Shown here: in pieces, positions 1 through 35,453 of the stretch
How the letters are laid out: every line of letters begins with the position of its first letter
How positions within the stretch are numbered: position 1 is the first letter of the stretch
DNA from: the human T2T-CHM13v2.0 reference genome, Homo sapiens
Assembly: GCF_009914755.1 (NCBI RefSeq)
Contig: NC_060938.1
Length of the DNA: 64,000 nt
Direction: 5' to 3' (one strand)
Position numbers and translations under genes: made by a program
Notes under the pieces: generated by a model
Database searches by the model: none
What the model was told of the DNA's origin: nothing
The model's input: the letters and a program-made list of their open reading frames with translations, nothing else

Positions 1-278
1 GGAGAATCGCTTGAACCCGGGAGGTGGAGGCTGCAGTGAGCTGAGATCGTGCCACTGCACACTAGCCTGGGCAACAGAGCGAGACTCTGTCTCAAGAAAA
101 ACCACAAAGTACAAAAAATTAGCCAGGTGTGGCGGTGCACGCCTCTAATCCCAGCTACTTGGGAGGCTGAGGCAGGAGAATTGGTTGAACCGGGGAGGCA
201 GAGGTTGCCATCAGCCGAGATCACGCTACTGCACTCAAGCCCGGGCGAAACAGAGAGACTCCATCTCAAAAAAAAAAA
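1..278 (+). mobile_element. Two Alu right-arm segments (first cut by the window edge)
   Basis: GGAGAATCGCTTGAACCCGGGAGG...CACTGCAC...AGCCTGGGC with A tails. Confidence 0.9.
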
Positions 279-282
279 CAAC

Positions 283-1942
<1,660 letters not shown>

Positions 1943-2069
1943 AAATGCTACTGATGACAGTGCAGAGAGTCCTGAGATGCTTAGAGTAGTGGAGTTACTC
2001 GATCCTTCCCTGTGGTGGAGGGTTGGGAGTTGAAGAAACCAGGAAGTCCTATATGAAATGGTCCTTTAA

Positions 2070-2374
<305 letters not shown>

Positions 2375-2516
2375 TCAAGCCTTAAAACGTAGGAATTACC
2401 TAGTTAATTTGAATATTAATATTATATGATATATAAGCTGTACATGTTATAAAAATTATTTTGAAAAGTCTAATCTTTAAAATTTTAGTTTAGATTTTCC
2501 TTGTAGTTATCTAGAG

Positions 2517-2724
2517 CTGTGCTGTCCAATAGTGTAGCCACTAGCTACATATAACTATTGAAATTTAAATTAATTAAAATTAAATAAAATTAAAAATTCA
2601 GTCCTTCTGTTACACTAGGCACATTTTAGATATTCAGCCATCATATATAGCTAGTAGGTGCCATATTGGACAGCTCAGAATTGAGTATTTTTATCCTCCC
2701 AGCAAGTTCAGTTGGGTGGCAATG
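2517..2724 (-). mobile_element. MER3-like hAT-Charlie non-autonomous DNA transposon
   Basis: 208 bp; CTGTGCTGTCCAATA..TAGCCACTAGC..AT-rich core..CCATATTGGACAGC; 8-bp TSD ATCTAGAG (2509-2516) / ATCTAGAC (2725-2732), the NTCTAGAN Charlie target. Confidence 0.85.
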
Positions 2725-2779
2725 ATCTAGACATTTTGATGAAATGAAAGCTTCATTATTATTGCTATTATTATTATTA

Positions 2780-8003
<5,224 letters not shown>

Positions 8004-8019
8004 TGAAAATCACAGTTTC

Positions 8020-8418
8020 TGCTTGAGTAGAAAATACAAACTTGGGTTTCTACCACTACACTTTCACAACATGCTTTTGACTCCAGATTTGAGGGGGGAT
8101 TTCTCCCCAACAGGAGGTAGGCCATCAGTTCTGCAGTGGGCAGCAGCTGGGCATCCTCTAATTGAATTCAGTTCTGACACTGTCTACACTACCCGCTTAG
8201 AGATGGATGGTGACACATCACACAGGTTGAGGACTCAGTCCTATCTTTGATAGTGAACGTAAACCTTCATTTATTTTGTCTGTGGTTCTGACCAGCCAGC
8301 TGCAAATTTCAAGAGTTCCTGCAGATACCTCCTTGACTTCAATTACTTTGCTAGAGTAACTTACAGAACTCAGGGAAATGTGTTTATCCATTTATTACAA
8401 AAGATACATGTGTATATG

Positions 8419-8449
<31 letters not shown>

Positions 8450-9249
8450 ATATATATATTTAAATTTTATTTGAGTTAGGGTCTTTCCCCAGTTGCCAAG
8501 GCTGGAGTGCAGTGGTGCGATCACAGCTCACTGCAGCTTCAACTTCTTGGACTCAGGCTATCCTCCCATCTCAGCCTCCTGAGTAGGTGAAACTATATAC
8601 ACACAGCACCATGCCCAGCTAATTAAATTTTTTTTTGGTAGAGATGGGGTCTTGCTGTATTGCCCAGGCTGGTCTTGAACTCCTGGGCTCAAGCAGTCCT
8701 CCGGCCTTGGATTCCCAAAGTGCTGCAATTACAGGTGTGAGTCATCATGTTTGGCCTACAAAGGATATTTGGAAGGATGCAAATAAACAGTCAGGTGAAG
8801 AGATACATATAGGGCCAGGATTGAAATGGTCCCTAGCACTGGCACTTCTGTCTTCTTGGAGTTGGGATGGGCCACCCTCCCCTCACATGGCTGTGCTTCT
8901 CTTTACTCCTGCAATCCCCCATGTGTTTGGCTCCCTACAAGCCATGTTCAGCTCCCTGCAAGCTCTCTGAACCCAATCCTTTCAGGTTTTTATGAAGGCC
9001 TCATTACGTAGGGATGACTGATTAAATCTTTTGGCCATTGGTGATGAATTAAAAGTTCAGTCCCTCTCCCCTCCTTGGAGGTTGAGGTGGGAGTTGAAAC
9101 CATTTGTCATCCTAAGCTAACAAACGGTTGCCAGCTATTGGTCAACTCATTGGCATACAAAAAGACACATCACTTTGAAGATACCGAGGATTTTAGGAGT
9201 TGAAGGGCCAGGAAACAGGAAGGCCAAATATATATTTCACAATATCACA
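8020..9249 (-). mobile_element. MER21-family LTR interrupted by a TG/TA microsatellite and an AluJ (8465-8757)
   Basis: Ends GGCCAAATATATATTTCACAATATCACA, the reverse complement of the MER21 start; internal TTGCTAGAGTAACTTACAGAACTCAGGGAAA and TGGCCATTGGTGAT motifs. Confidence 0.8.
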
Positions 9250-9647
9250 ATATGTTATTAAGAGCAAATAGTGATAGAAAAGTGAAAGTGATGATAGCAG
9301 AAATGTAAAGTGTAGGTTCTATAAACAGTGCAGATGAGAACAAAGCTAACAGTTATCAGGCAGTCTAAATGCATGCAGTTTTTTACCTTAGACACATTCG
9401 TTCGTTGACTGTTTAATTGTAAAGAAAAATCAATTTAAGAACATGTATGAAATTGCATTTATACTCTGGAAAAATGAGATGTAAGTAGGTATTTTGTATT
9501 TTTTAGCGTTTCAAGAGCATAATTCCCCTTATGGTATGTCTGTTGCCTTGCTTTCACACATTCCACTTGTGTACATGTTTTTGGGAACTCATTATGTAAG
9601 AAAGTAATGGACTTCTTACACTTCTGTTAGGTAAAACCATAGTAATT

Positions 9648-13711
<4,064 letters not shown>

Positions 13712-13789
13712 CAGGTTGTCTTTCTCCTGCTTTACTATTTCATTTTTTTCTTTTCGTCTTCTAGCGTACTGTAAATTTACATATATTTT

Positions 13790-13895
13790 AATGTCTGTAC
13801 TAGAATATAAGCTCAACAAGGGTAGGGCTCTTTGTGTGTAGACATTGCTCAGTACATAGTTGGCACGAAATAAAATCACTTAATGAATGAGTGAA
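13790..13895 (+). mobile_element. L2a 3' end
   Basis: ACTAGAATATAAGCTC..AGGGTAGGG..ACATAGTTGGCAC..AATGAATGA. Confidence 0.65.
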
Positions 13896-14030
13896 ATACA
13901 AAGGCGGAATTTGACTGTAAAACAGTCTTGTTGGAGAAGGTATATGGGGAATAGGGGAAAGAGAGGGCCTCTTTTCGCCCTCCTACATTGATACAGATAG
14001 ATCTCAGTTGCTCTCTGATCTTGTTTGTAG

Positions 14031-14182
14031 GGATTTTGTTGGATGAATGCAAGGTGGGATGGTCTTCAGATTGTACCAATTTAGCTGGCATTGCTAACCA
14101 ACTGTTGGAATCTCTGAAAATAAAAGATCTTGAAATTCCTCCCCCTCTCCCCGCAAAGAGAAATACGAAGGCAGACAACTGG
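14031..14182 (+). other. Candidate internal exon (152 nt) of an unidentified host gene
   Basis: Acceptor ctctctgatcttgtttgtag|GG and donor TGG|gtaaat; non-repetitive sequence; one frame open throughout (ILLDECKVGWSSDCTNLAGIANQLLESLKIKDLEIPPPLPAKRNTKADNW). Confidence 0.4.
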
Positions 14183-15049
14183 GTAAATTGTCCTACCCCT
14201 AACTGCCATCCACAGAAAAGTAACATTTTGTTTTATTTGATTAACTGTGCTTGACAACATTAGAAACAGTGGAAAATCATCTGGGACTTGGGCAGGTAGA
14301 AACTCCAGAGGTAGGACTGGAGGAGGGGCTGTGTAACCTCTCTTTCTTAACTCTTAAGAATAACCTTTTTATCTACCCGAGATTTATTGGCTCCTTAAAA
14401 TCATAACTAAAACCTGTAGCCTCTTTCAGCAGAAAGCAATGCTTAGAGTAAGACTTCTACTACACTGCCAGCCCGAAGGCTTGAACAGAAGGCAAGTGGA
14501 AGCCCTAAAACTTTGGCTGTTCCTGGCACGATTCCAGTCCCACTCTCCCTACCCTCACCCACAGCTTCCCCATCACTGTCTGCTTGGGAACCGTGAGCAT
14601 TGTTCTCATCTTGTGCTTCTTTCTGAGTTATCAGGCAGCCGGAAGGCCAGATTCCCTTGTCTTCCCTCTTTTCATGGACTCTGCATTTTCTTTTCTGATC
14701 CTGTTTTTCACCTTGATCTTCTTGGAACTTTTCCCTGAGCCCTTTTAAACTCACGGTATATCAGCAAAATTCCCCTAATCTTCAGTTTCTTCTGTGATTT
14801 CCGCCCCCCGCCCCACACATTCTTATTCTGACTGAAAATAGGCCATCTCCTGATGACACTGCCTCCCTGCAGCCCTCCGAAAGAGTACTTGCCTGCCCCT
14901 CCATCCCTTTTGTGTTACTAGGCTTCACAGTAGCATGTCCTCTTTTTCTTTGTTGCCATTTCTTTACTTTTCTTCTCGCCTCCCTAAAAACACCTCTGAA
15001 TGTGATGTCATGAGTTTGTACTATGCGCTCCTGATTTTTACTGCTTAAT

Positions 15050-15874
<825 letters not shown>

Positions 15875-15942
15875 AACTTCCTTAATTTATTAATCTCATG
15901 TTGACTTGGCTTCTCAAGAAGGCTTAAGAATCCTAAAGGGAA

Positions 15943-17834
<1,892 letters not shown>

Positions 17835-18427
17835 TTGTTACTTTTCTGATTCCTTCAAACAGATGTTAATATTTTGTTCACTTTTTCCAGTTGTTCTGTA
17901 GTGGGAGGGGTCTGAATGACTTGGTTTCCTAGAAGGGAAGTAGGTAGTTTCTACCTTTCTGTTACGTAGTCTAGTATAATTTCTGTGTCTTTTCTTATTT
18001 CAGTATGCCTAATGATATTCTTCCCAGAGCCGCTGTGAATGACTGCATAGGTTGAACACAACAACACAGTGACCCTAATCCTTCCGATACCTTGGCTTCT
18101 TAGTTCCTTGACCTCTATTCCTGGGATCCTGTTCTCTGCCCTACCTCAGCCACCCATTCCTTTGAGTTACTGTTACCTGAAATTCATACCCTTTTATCTC
18201 TGTTTCAGACTTAGCACTCTACATCCTCCTGATCTTTCCAGCTGATGCCCTTCCAGCATCCCTGTGATCTTTGACTCCATCATGACGTCAGTTCATTGAT
18301 TATACCACCTTTTCCCTTGATGTTTCTTACGCTTTTGTTCAGCTTAAATTCCAGTCATTAGAACACAACCTCTCCTCCTATTCCTTTGTCTTCTTGTTTC
18401 ATTAGTTCTTTTGGCTATGCCACAACC

Positions 18428-19040
18428 TGTGTTTTACTCTCATTCCCCGGAAAATAGAGCATACAACAAAGCTTTTACTGGGCTAATACTTTACTTGAAG
18501 TTAGAATGAAGGGGAAAATAGAAAGTGAGACAGGAAAGGAGGGAAAGCAAATACAGAGTGCTACGTTATCCAGCAGGCTACAGCATCATAAGAACCTTAG
18601 CTGGCTGCTCAGTCATGTTGGAAATCTCTGGAGAATCATGGCACCTCTCAGAATACTTCTGGGGACAGGTTTGAGGGAGGATGGCTGAGAGATTTATTTG
18701 TTGGCTCCCTCTCATATCCTGTCTCTTACTGGTCAGAGTTGCCTGAAGGATCTTAATTATTCTATACTTTTGGGTTTGTTACTTGGCTTCTCTATGCAGC
18801 TGCTGGAAAAGCAGCTGATTTGGGGTAACAGGGCTTCTGCCACAGCAGGCACAGTGAGGACCACCAAAGCCTACCTGTTAACACTGGGGAGGTAGAGACC
18901 ACTAGTGGTAGGCTGAGTTCATATGATCCTCCCAGATTGCAGGATTTTGCTTGTGCTGCTGAGCCTGCTTCAGCTGGGAAGTAGAACAGCAGGCAGGACC
19001 GAGTGGATTTTGGAAAGTGTGTATGAGCTGCATTTGTTAT
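18428..19040 (-). mobile_element. Old ERVL-class LTR fragment (family uncertain)
   Basis: TTCCCCGGAAAATAGAGC..AAGTGAGACAGGAAAGGAGGGAAAGCAAATACAG resembles antisense ERVL LTRs; it interrupts the L2. Confidence 0.4.
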
Positions 19041-19543
19041 ACCTTGTGTAATCCAACTTTTTGCCTATTCTTTGCTTGCTTTCCCATAGCTCAATGTGGC
19101 TGGAGAAACCATACTGATCACTCTGACTTCACAGTCATGATTACCAAGACCAAGAGGCTTTTATTATAGGTTATAGTCTGTTTTCCTATTCCAATTACTC
19201 TTCTAGATAGTTTAAATGTCTTACTTTAATCCTCTAATTCTCCCTGCCTTATCCTCCCTTTACTTCATTGGGGAAAAAACCTGAATCAATTAGAAGAAAA
19301 CTACCCACTCCCCTTACCAGATGTGCTACCTGTCTACATCTGTGCCTGGTACTCTGCCTTCTGTAACTGCTAGCTAAGGCCAAACCCTGTGCACGTATAC
19401 TAGGCTCCATGCTTTTCTACCTGTTTAAGGATAATCACTCCAGTAGTTCATCCTTTATTTGCATCATCAAATTTTTCATCTCTGTTGTATCATTCTTATC
19501 AGCGTATTAAACGGGCTATTACTTCTTGTTTAAAAACTTTTTT

Positions 19544-19914
<371 letters not shown>

Positions 19915-20039
19915 TTACACATTTCATTCAGGCTTTTGCCCCCACTGCTCCTCTAGAGTTGCTCTTGAGGTGATCAATTGCTCCATGTTGCTAAATCCAG
20001 CAATCTGTTTGCAGTCTTCACCTTATTTGAAATATCTAA

Positions 20040-20530
20040 CCCAAGAGACATATGTGTCTGTGTGTGCGTGTATATATATATGTATATAATATGTATGAAG
20101 GGTTTATATATGCATAAATTTAAAAGGGGTGTGTGTGTGTGTGTGTGTGTGTAAAATTGACCGACATGACTGTGAAGGCCAGGAAGTCCCAAAATCTGCA
20201 GCTGGCAATCTGGAATCCCGAGATAGCTGACAGGGTAAGTTCCAGTTCAAGTCCGAAGGCACGAGAGCCAGGTGAGCCAGTGTCTCAGCTCAAGCAGTGA
20301 GACCCAGAGGAGTTCCCTCTTAAACTCAGCCTTTTTGTTCTCTTCAGGCTTTCTGTGGGTTGTATGAGTCCCACCCACATTAAGGAGGGCAGTCTGCTTT
20401 ACTCAGTCCACGGATTCAAATGTTCATTTTATCTGAAAGCACTGTCACAGATAGACCCAGAATAATGTTTGACCAAACATCTGGGCACTCTATGCTGTAG
20501 TCCAGTTGATGCATAAAATTAACCATTACA
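20040..20530 (-). mobile_element. MLT2 (ERVL) LTR with internal TG/TA microsatellite
   Basis: Ends CCAGTTGATGCATAAAATTAACCATTACA (reverse complement of the MLT2 start); GGAGGGCAGTCTGCTTTACTCAGTC. Confidence 0.85.
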
Positions 20531-20644
20531 GAACCTTTTCTTCACTTGACATTTAGAACAGGATGCCAATATAGTCCCTATAAGAGCTAGTCCCTGGCTT
20601 CAGCTCCACTACCCGCTCCCCCGCTTTTCTCTCTCTCTCTCTCT

Positions 20645-21384
<740 letters not shown>

Positions 21385-21939
21385 TGAAATGTGACATTCT
21401 CATGAGGGTTTTCCTCATCAGTCTGTCTCAGTTTTCAGCTGCATCCCCGGCACTTCCTGTTCCCCTTCCTTGTTTTTCTTTTTTTTCATTTACTCTTATC
21501 GTCATCTAACACACTTCCTTATTTATCTTGTTTATTGTATGATTCCTTCAACTAGAAGGTAAACTGTGAGGTGAGAGGAGAGCTTTTTAAAATCTTGTTG
21601 CCTTAACAGCCTCCCCACCCCCACCACTGCTTCTAGAATAGTGCCTGGTGCAAATTTGCCTCTCAGTAACAAGTTTTCTGTTTATTTAAAAATACGGACG
21701 GAATTTCGAAGCTTTGTGATAGAGATAAAAAAAATGGACAGGAGCTTTTCCCAGGAGGTATACAAAGTATAGGTGTCTGGCCTGGAACTCTCCACAAAGA
21801 ATACCTTTATTGCTCTACAAATGCTATTTGTAGTCTAAACATGGATGAGCTGATACAATTCTGAAGGCACCTTGCAGCCTTCTCTCCTTGCTTCTAGCTC
21901 CACGTGTGTGCGAGTCTGCATATGTGAGTGTAAGGGCAG

Positions 21940-22100
21940 CACTGTGTTAAAGAGATTTACAAACATCTTTTTAATCCTCATAACAATCCTACACCACACA
22001 TGTCATCATCCCCTTTGTACAGACCATAAAACTGATATTTAGAGAGCTTAAACGTCTTGCTTGAGGCCTCAAGTGGTAAGTGGCAGAACTCAGCTTGAAG
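21940..22100 (-). mobile_element. MIR
   Basis: TTTAATCCTCATAACAATCCT..AAACTGA..AGTGGCAGAAC. Confidence 0.7.
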
Positions 22101-22204
22101 TGACTTGACTATTATTACATTATATGTGACCTCCTAGATAAAGAGATGCCTCCTTATTTTGTGTAAGGCAGAAGTGGGGAGTCCTGGGCAGATTACTTAA
22201 CCAC

Positions 22205-22611
22205 TGCTATAGTTTGGATGTGGTTTGTCCTTAGCAAACCTCATGTTGAAATTTGATCTCCAGTGTTGGAGGTGGGCCCTAATGGAAGGTGTTTGTGCCA
22301 TGGGGCTGGAACCCTCATAAATAGATTAATGCCCTCCTGGGTGAGGGGTGAGTGAGTTCTTACTCCTTTAGTTCCTACAAGAGCTGGTTGTTAAAAAGAG
22401 CTGGCGCCTCTCTCTTGCTGCTTCTCTGGCCATGTGATCTCTTCACATGCTGGCTCCCCTTCACCTTCCGCCATGTGTGGAAGCAGCCTGAGGCTTTCAC
22501 CAGATGCCCCATCTTCCAGCCGGCGGAATCATGAGCCAAGTGAATTTCTTTTCTTTGTCAGTTACCCAGTGTCATGTATTCCTTTATAGGAACACTAAAG
22601 GGACTAAGACA
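22205..22611 (+). mobile_element. MSTB-like MaLR solo LTR
   Basis: TGCTATAGTTTGGATG...GGACTAAGACA; 5-bp TSD ACCAC/ACCCC. Confidence 0.88.
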
Positions 22612-22964
22612 ACCCCTTTAGGTCCTAATCATATACATACTTATAGATTCAAAGTATCTGCTTAGCATGTACTCCATTCAAAGCAACTGTTCAAAGGTAA
22701 GAATCCTATCAGGGATCAGTGCAGAAATACGACACCTTACACATTTCTCAGCTTTCACCTTCCCAGAGCTTCCTCGGATTGGTCCTCCTGTTAGTTTCCT
22801 GGATCTGAAGGTAATACCTCATCCAGAAGATAAGAAGGGTAGTGGGGACTGTCACCACGAAGGAGCTTTCCTTTTCTGGTTCAAGTTATTTCCCAGCTCC
22901 ACTCACCTCCGGACTGTTTCATGAAGAATTCCAGAAGTCCCCTTCTCCCTCATAGGAAAGTGCA

Positions 22965-23555
<591 letters not shown>

Positions 23556-23891
23556 TAGAGACGGGGTTTCACCGTGTTAGCCAGGATGGTCTCGATCTCC
23601 TGACCTCATGATCCGCCTGCCTTGGCCTCCCAAAGTGCTGGGATTACAGGTGTGAGCCATCACGCCCGGCCCAGTCCAGACTATTTTTGAGAATAAAAAG
23701 GGGCCTATTAAAAATTATGTCAGGTTGACAGACATAAACTGGAGCTGTCCTCACCTAGTCTGGACATGTGGGTATCATTATCATCTCTACAACTTGGAGA
23801 AAACAACACATAGGTGTGACCTTGAATCTTGAATCTGTTTTCCTGCAGTTCTCCTAATGTGAAAATGTGACTGCATTGAGTATGCATGTGA

Positions 23892-24303
<412 letters not shown>

Positions 24304-24779
24304 TGAATGATGACAGAAAGAGTTTAATTTAACACTGGAGGGAAAAATTGGCTTTGAATTTCCTGAGAAATAATTTCGTTTGTTGGGTTTTTTTTTTTTT
24401 TTGAGATGGAGTCTCGCTCTGTCACCCAGGCTGGAGTGCAGTGGCATGATCTCGGCTCACTGCAAGTTGCGCATCCTGGGTTCACGCCATTCTCCTGCCT
24501 CAGCCTCTCCAAGTAGCTGGGACTACAGGCCCCCACCACCACGCCCGGCTCATTTTTTGTATTTTTAGTAGAGACGGGGTTTCAACGTGTTCTCGATGTC
24601 CTGACCTCGTGATCTGCCTGCCTCGGCCTCCCAAAGTGCTGGGATTACAAGCGCGAGCCACCGCGCCCGGCCAGTTTGTTGGTTTCTAATAGAGAGCTTT
24701 CCTGAAGGATTTTTCGTTCTTTTTTCTTTTTTCCCCCCTGCAAGGGGAATTTTTCAAGACTGATTTTGACTGCATGCTA

Positions 24780-24980
24780 TCCTTTCCTTTCCTTTCCTTT
24801 CCTTTCCTTTCCTTTCCTTTCCTTTCCTTTCCTTTCCTTTCCTTTTCCTTTTCCTTTTCCTTTTCCTTTCCTTTCCTTTTCCTTTCCTTTCCTTTCTTCT
24901 CCCCTCCCCTCCCCTCCCCTCCCCTCCCCTCTCCTCCCCTCTCCTCTCTCCTCTCTCGTCTCTCCTCTCCTCTTTCTTTT
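24780..24980. repeat. Composite polypyrimidine microsatellite (CCTTT)n/(CCTTTT)n/(CTCCC)n at an Alu tail
   Basis: About 200 nt almost entirely C/T on the plus strand. Confidence 0.95.
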
Positions 24981-26710
24981 CTTTTTTTTGAGACAGGATC
25001 TCACTCTGTCACCTAGACTGAGTGCAGTGAAGTGATTATAGCCCCCTGCAGCCTCAAACTCCTGGGCTCAAGCAGTTCTCCCACTTCAGCCTCCTGAGTA
25101 GCTGAGACTATTTGTGCCACTACATCTGGCTAATTTTTAAATTTTTTTTACAGATGGGGGTCTCACTGTGTTGCCCAGGCTGATCTTAGACTCCTGGACA
25201 CAAGCCATCCTCCTGCCTCAGCATCCCAAAAGTGCTGGGATTACAGGCATAAGCCACTGTGCCTGGCCAGCTGTTTTCAACCTATATGCTGACCTGGATC
25301 TAATCCTCTCATAAGATAAAATTTCACTCTGCTGATTAATCAGATCATTTTAAAGGTCTCATCTAGCTCTAAGAGACTCTAATAATCCAATAGAAAGTGG
25401 TTACAAACACCGAAAGTACAATTGGGAAGATATAATAAAGGCTTTCACAGTTCATATGTGATCTGGGGTCAGATGGGATTCAGGAAACTCCATACTTTGT
25501 GTTTTTCTAATATTAAAAAAATTTTTATATAGAGATGGGGTCTTGCCATATTATATTGCCCAGGATACTGTTGAACTCCCAGGCTCAACTGATTGTCCCT
25601 CCTTGGCCTCTTAAAGTGCTAGGATTACAGGCTTGAGCCACCATGCTTGGCTACCCCATAATTTGAAGGAGAGTTAGTTGCAATTAAAAATGGAGGTTTT
25701 TTTTTCTTTTCTTTTTGAGACGGAGTTTTGCTCTGTCACCCAGGCTAGACTACAATGGCATGATCTCAGCTTACAGCAACTTCTGCCTCCCGCATTGAAG
25801 CGATTCTCCTGTCTCAGCCTTCTTAGTAGCTGGAATTACAGGCGTTCGCCAACACGCCCGGCTAACTTTGTATTTTTAGTAGAGACAGGGTTTCACCATG
25901 TTGGCCAGGCTGGTCTCGAACTCCTGACCTCAGGTGATCCACCCACCTCAGCCTCCCCAAGTGCTGGGATTACAGGCATGAGCCACCGTACCCAGTCCTG
26001 GAGTTTGTTCTTAACAGAATATCAAATCTTGAGAAGTTGACTATAAAAGAAAATTCTAAAATTAAAAATTCTATTCTCTGTATAATACATAGAAGGTAGA
26101 TTTTTGAGGTATGACATTTAAGATGTGAGGTGCCTCTAAAATGTACACATACATGCTTGTGTACTCCACATAATTGTGCCTCAAGGAGGTAGGGTGAGGC
26201 TTTTTGTCTTTCCTGAAACATGTTACTCTTGTTCAGTGCTTGGAAAAAGGATGTGGTTAGATGGAGTACTGGCTTGATACAATTCTCTGTCTTGCCCAGG
26301 GTTGAGGGTGGTGTCAATGAAAATTCTCAATTTGAATGCCATGTAATAGGCTCCTTATTAATCCTGACTACAGTATAAAAAACAGGCTGGGCTTCATGGC
26401 TCACACCTGTAATCCCAGTGCTTTGGTTGGCCGAGGCAGGAGGGTCACTGGAGGCCAGGATTTCAAGGCTTCAGTGAGCTATATGATTATGCCACTGCAC
26501 TCCATCCTGGGTGACAGAGCAAAACCCTGTCTCAAAAACCAACCAACCAACCAACCCGCAAAACCAAAACAGATCTCTCCAAGCTTCGGCAGATTTGAGT
26601 AATTATGTGATCTCTTCTTGACTGAACAAGTCACTTGTCAGATGAATATCTGGTTCCCACTATCTAGGGACAGAAGGTTCCCACTAACATTGATTTCAGG
26701 TAATGCATAA

Positions 26711-26983
<273 letters not shown>

Positions 26984-27051
26984 TGAGTAGCTGGAATTAC
27001 AGGCACGTGCCACCATGCCTGGCTAATTTTTGTTTTTTTTTTTTTTTTTAA

Positions 27052-27255
<204 letters not shown>

Positions 27256-27341
27256 TAAAGTGCTAGGATTACAGGCATGAGCCATTGCACCCAGTCCAAT
27301 GTTTCCTAGTTTTTCTTATGCAAACTTTTAAATTCTTCTCA

Positions 27342-27831
<490 letters not shown>

Positions 27832-28459
27832 CTAATATTCTGTATTACAACTAATCTGCATGGATTGTTTTTCTGCATGTAATCTCTGCTTACTTGGTTT
27901 AACTTTTTGGTCGAGTCCTGGAAGTGGAATTGGTGAATTAAAAATTTAGATATAAACTCCCAAATTGAGCCAGGCGTGGTGTCATGCACCTGTAGTCCTA
28001 GCTGCTAAGGTGGGAAGATCACTTATGCCCAGCAATTGCAGTGGGCTATGATTGAGCCATTGCACTCCAGCCTTGGTAATGCAGTGAGAAACATAAAAGT
28101 TTCTCCCTCCCTCCCTCCCTTCTGACAGAGAGTCTCACTCTGTCGCCCAGGCTGGAGTGTAGTGTCACCACTGCAACCTCCGCCTCCCAGGTTCACGCCA
28201 TTCTCCCACCTCAGCCTCCTGAGTAGTTGGGACTACAGGCACCTGCCACCACACCCGGCTAATTTTTTGTTTTTGTATTTTTAGTAGAGATGGGGTTTCA
28301 CCGTGTTAGCCAGGATGGTCTTGATCTCCTGACCTCGTGATCTGCCCGCCTTGGCCTCCCAAAGTGCTGTGATGATAGGCGTGAGCAACCACACCCGGCA
28401 GTGAGAAACTGTTTCTAAAAAAAATTTTTTTTAACGTAGAAATCTTTTCCTTTTTTTGA

Positions 28460-28711
<252 letters not shown>

Positions 28712-28837
28712 TGAGAATACAGGTGTGAGCCACTGCGCCTGGCCATAGAAATCTTTTCATATGTTTGTAGATCATTCTTCTTTGAGTATTCTCTATTTTT
28801 TACCTTCACCCGTTTTACTGAGTTTCTTATTGGTTTA

Positions 28838-29527
<690 letters not shown>

Positions 29528-30534
29528 TGATCTACCTGCCTTGGCCTCCCAAAGTGCTGGGATTACAGACGTGAGCCACTGCACCTGGCCGCATATATAT
29601 ATTTTATTTTTTTATTTAAAAAAATGTTTCTGAGACAGGATCTCACTATGTTGCTGAGGCTGGAGTTCAGTGGTGTGATCATGGCCCACCGCAGCCTTGG
29701 CTTCCTGGGCTTAGGTGATCCTCCCATCTCAGCCTCCCAAGTAGCTAGGACCACAGGCACCATCGTGCTTGGCTAATGTTTAGTATTTTTTTGTAGAGTC
29801 GAGATTTTTGCCATGTTGCCCAGGTAGTCTCGAACTTAGGAGTTCAAAACGATTTGCCTGCCTTGGCCTCTTCAAGTGCTGAGATTACAGGCTTGAGTCA
29901 CCTCACATGGCTGCAAAGCGATTTTTTTTGAGACACATTTAGTTTTTTCGGTGATGTCAGTAATTTTACAATTAAAGAAAAAGTTATCTGAACAAAGGGA
30001 GAGTGCCCTTAAATTGCTAAGAGGGAGCATTGCTTTGTTTTTTTCTAGTTTCGTTGTGTCTTACAGTGTTCAAACACTGTACTGGAAGTAAATAATTAAG
30101 TTTAAAATAATTTTCTTCTCCAGTGTTTGATTATCCATTTCTTTTTGTTCCAATTTCTGTATCTGAAAAACAATATTGGCTTCAAAAACGAACAAAAAAA
30201 AATTTAACTTCCCCCAGATTGCAGATTTACCATGTAAATGTGTTTCCACCCTGTTTTCAAGCTAATGTGACAAATTTGCTACATTATAAAGAACAGAAAC
30301 CTGTGTACAGATTTTGGGGATAGCACACATAAAATAGTCCAAGGACATTATCAACTCAGGTGCAGAAGTTCTTGCTGAAGTTCTATTAACAATTGTGTTT
30401 AAAAACACCAGATGGGAGCAGATTTAAAGAGGGAGATTCTAATGGAAGGTTAGTTGGGATTTGTAGGGAAGAGAGAGAAGGATTTTAATTGAAAAGATAC
30501 TAGACCGTATTCTTACCTTTATAGCGTTGTCTTC

Positions 30535-35453
<4,919 letters not shown>

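Noticed and set aside
14439-14754. Overlapping 99-aa and 103-aa ORFs on opposite strands
   Set aside because: No recognisable homology; adjacent to or within degraded L2; length compatible with chance.
23700-23780. Possible MER94/hAT-Blackjack fragment
   Set aside because: Too short and diverged to call by eye.
24766-25035. ORFs rich in FPFLS or ERKGK
   Set aside because: Translation of the pyrimidine microsatellite.
26315-26326. TCAATGAAAAT shared with the end of the 20709-20813 insert
   Set aside because: An 11-nt AT-rich match is plausible by chance.
26581-26600. GCTTCGGCAG resembling the U6 snRNA 5' end
   Set aside because: Only about 10 nt match, with no continuation.
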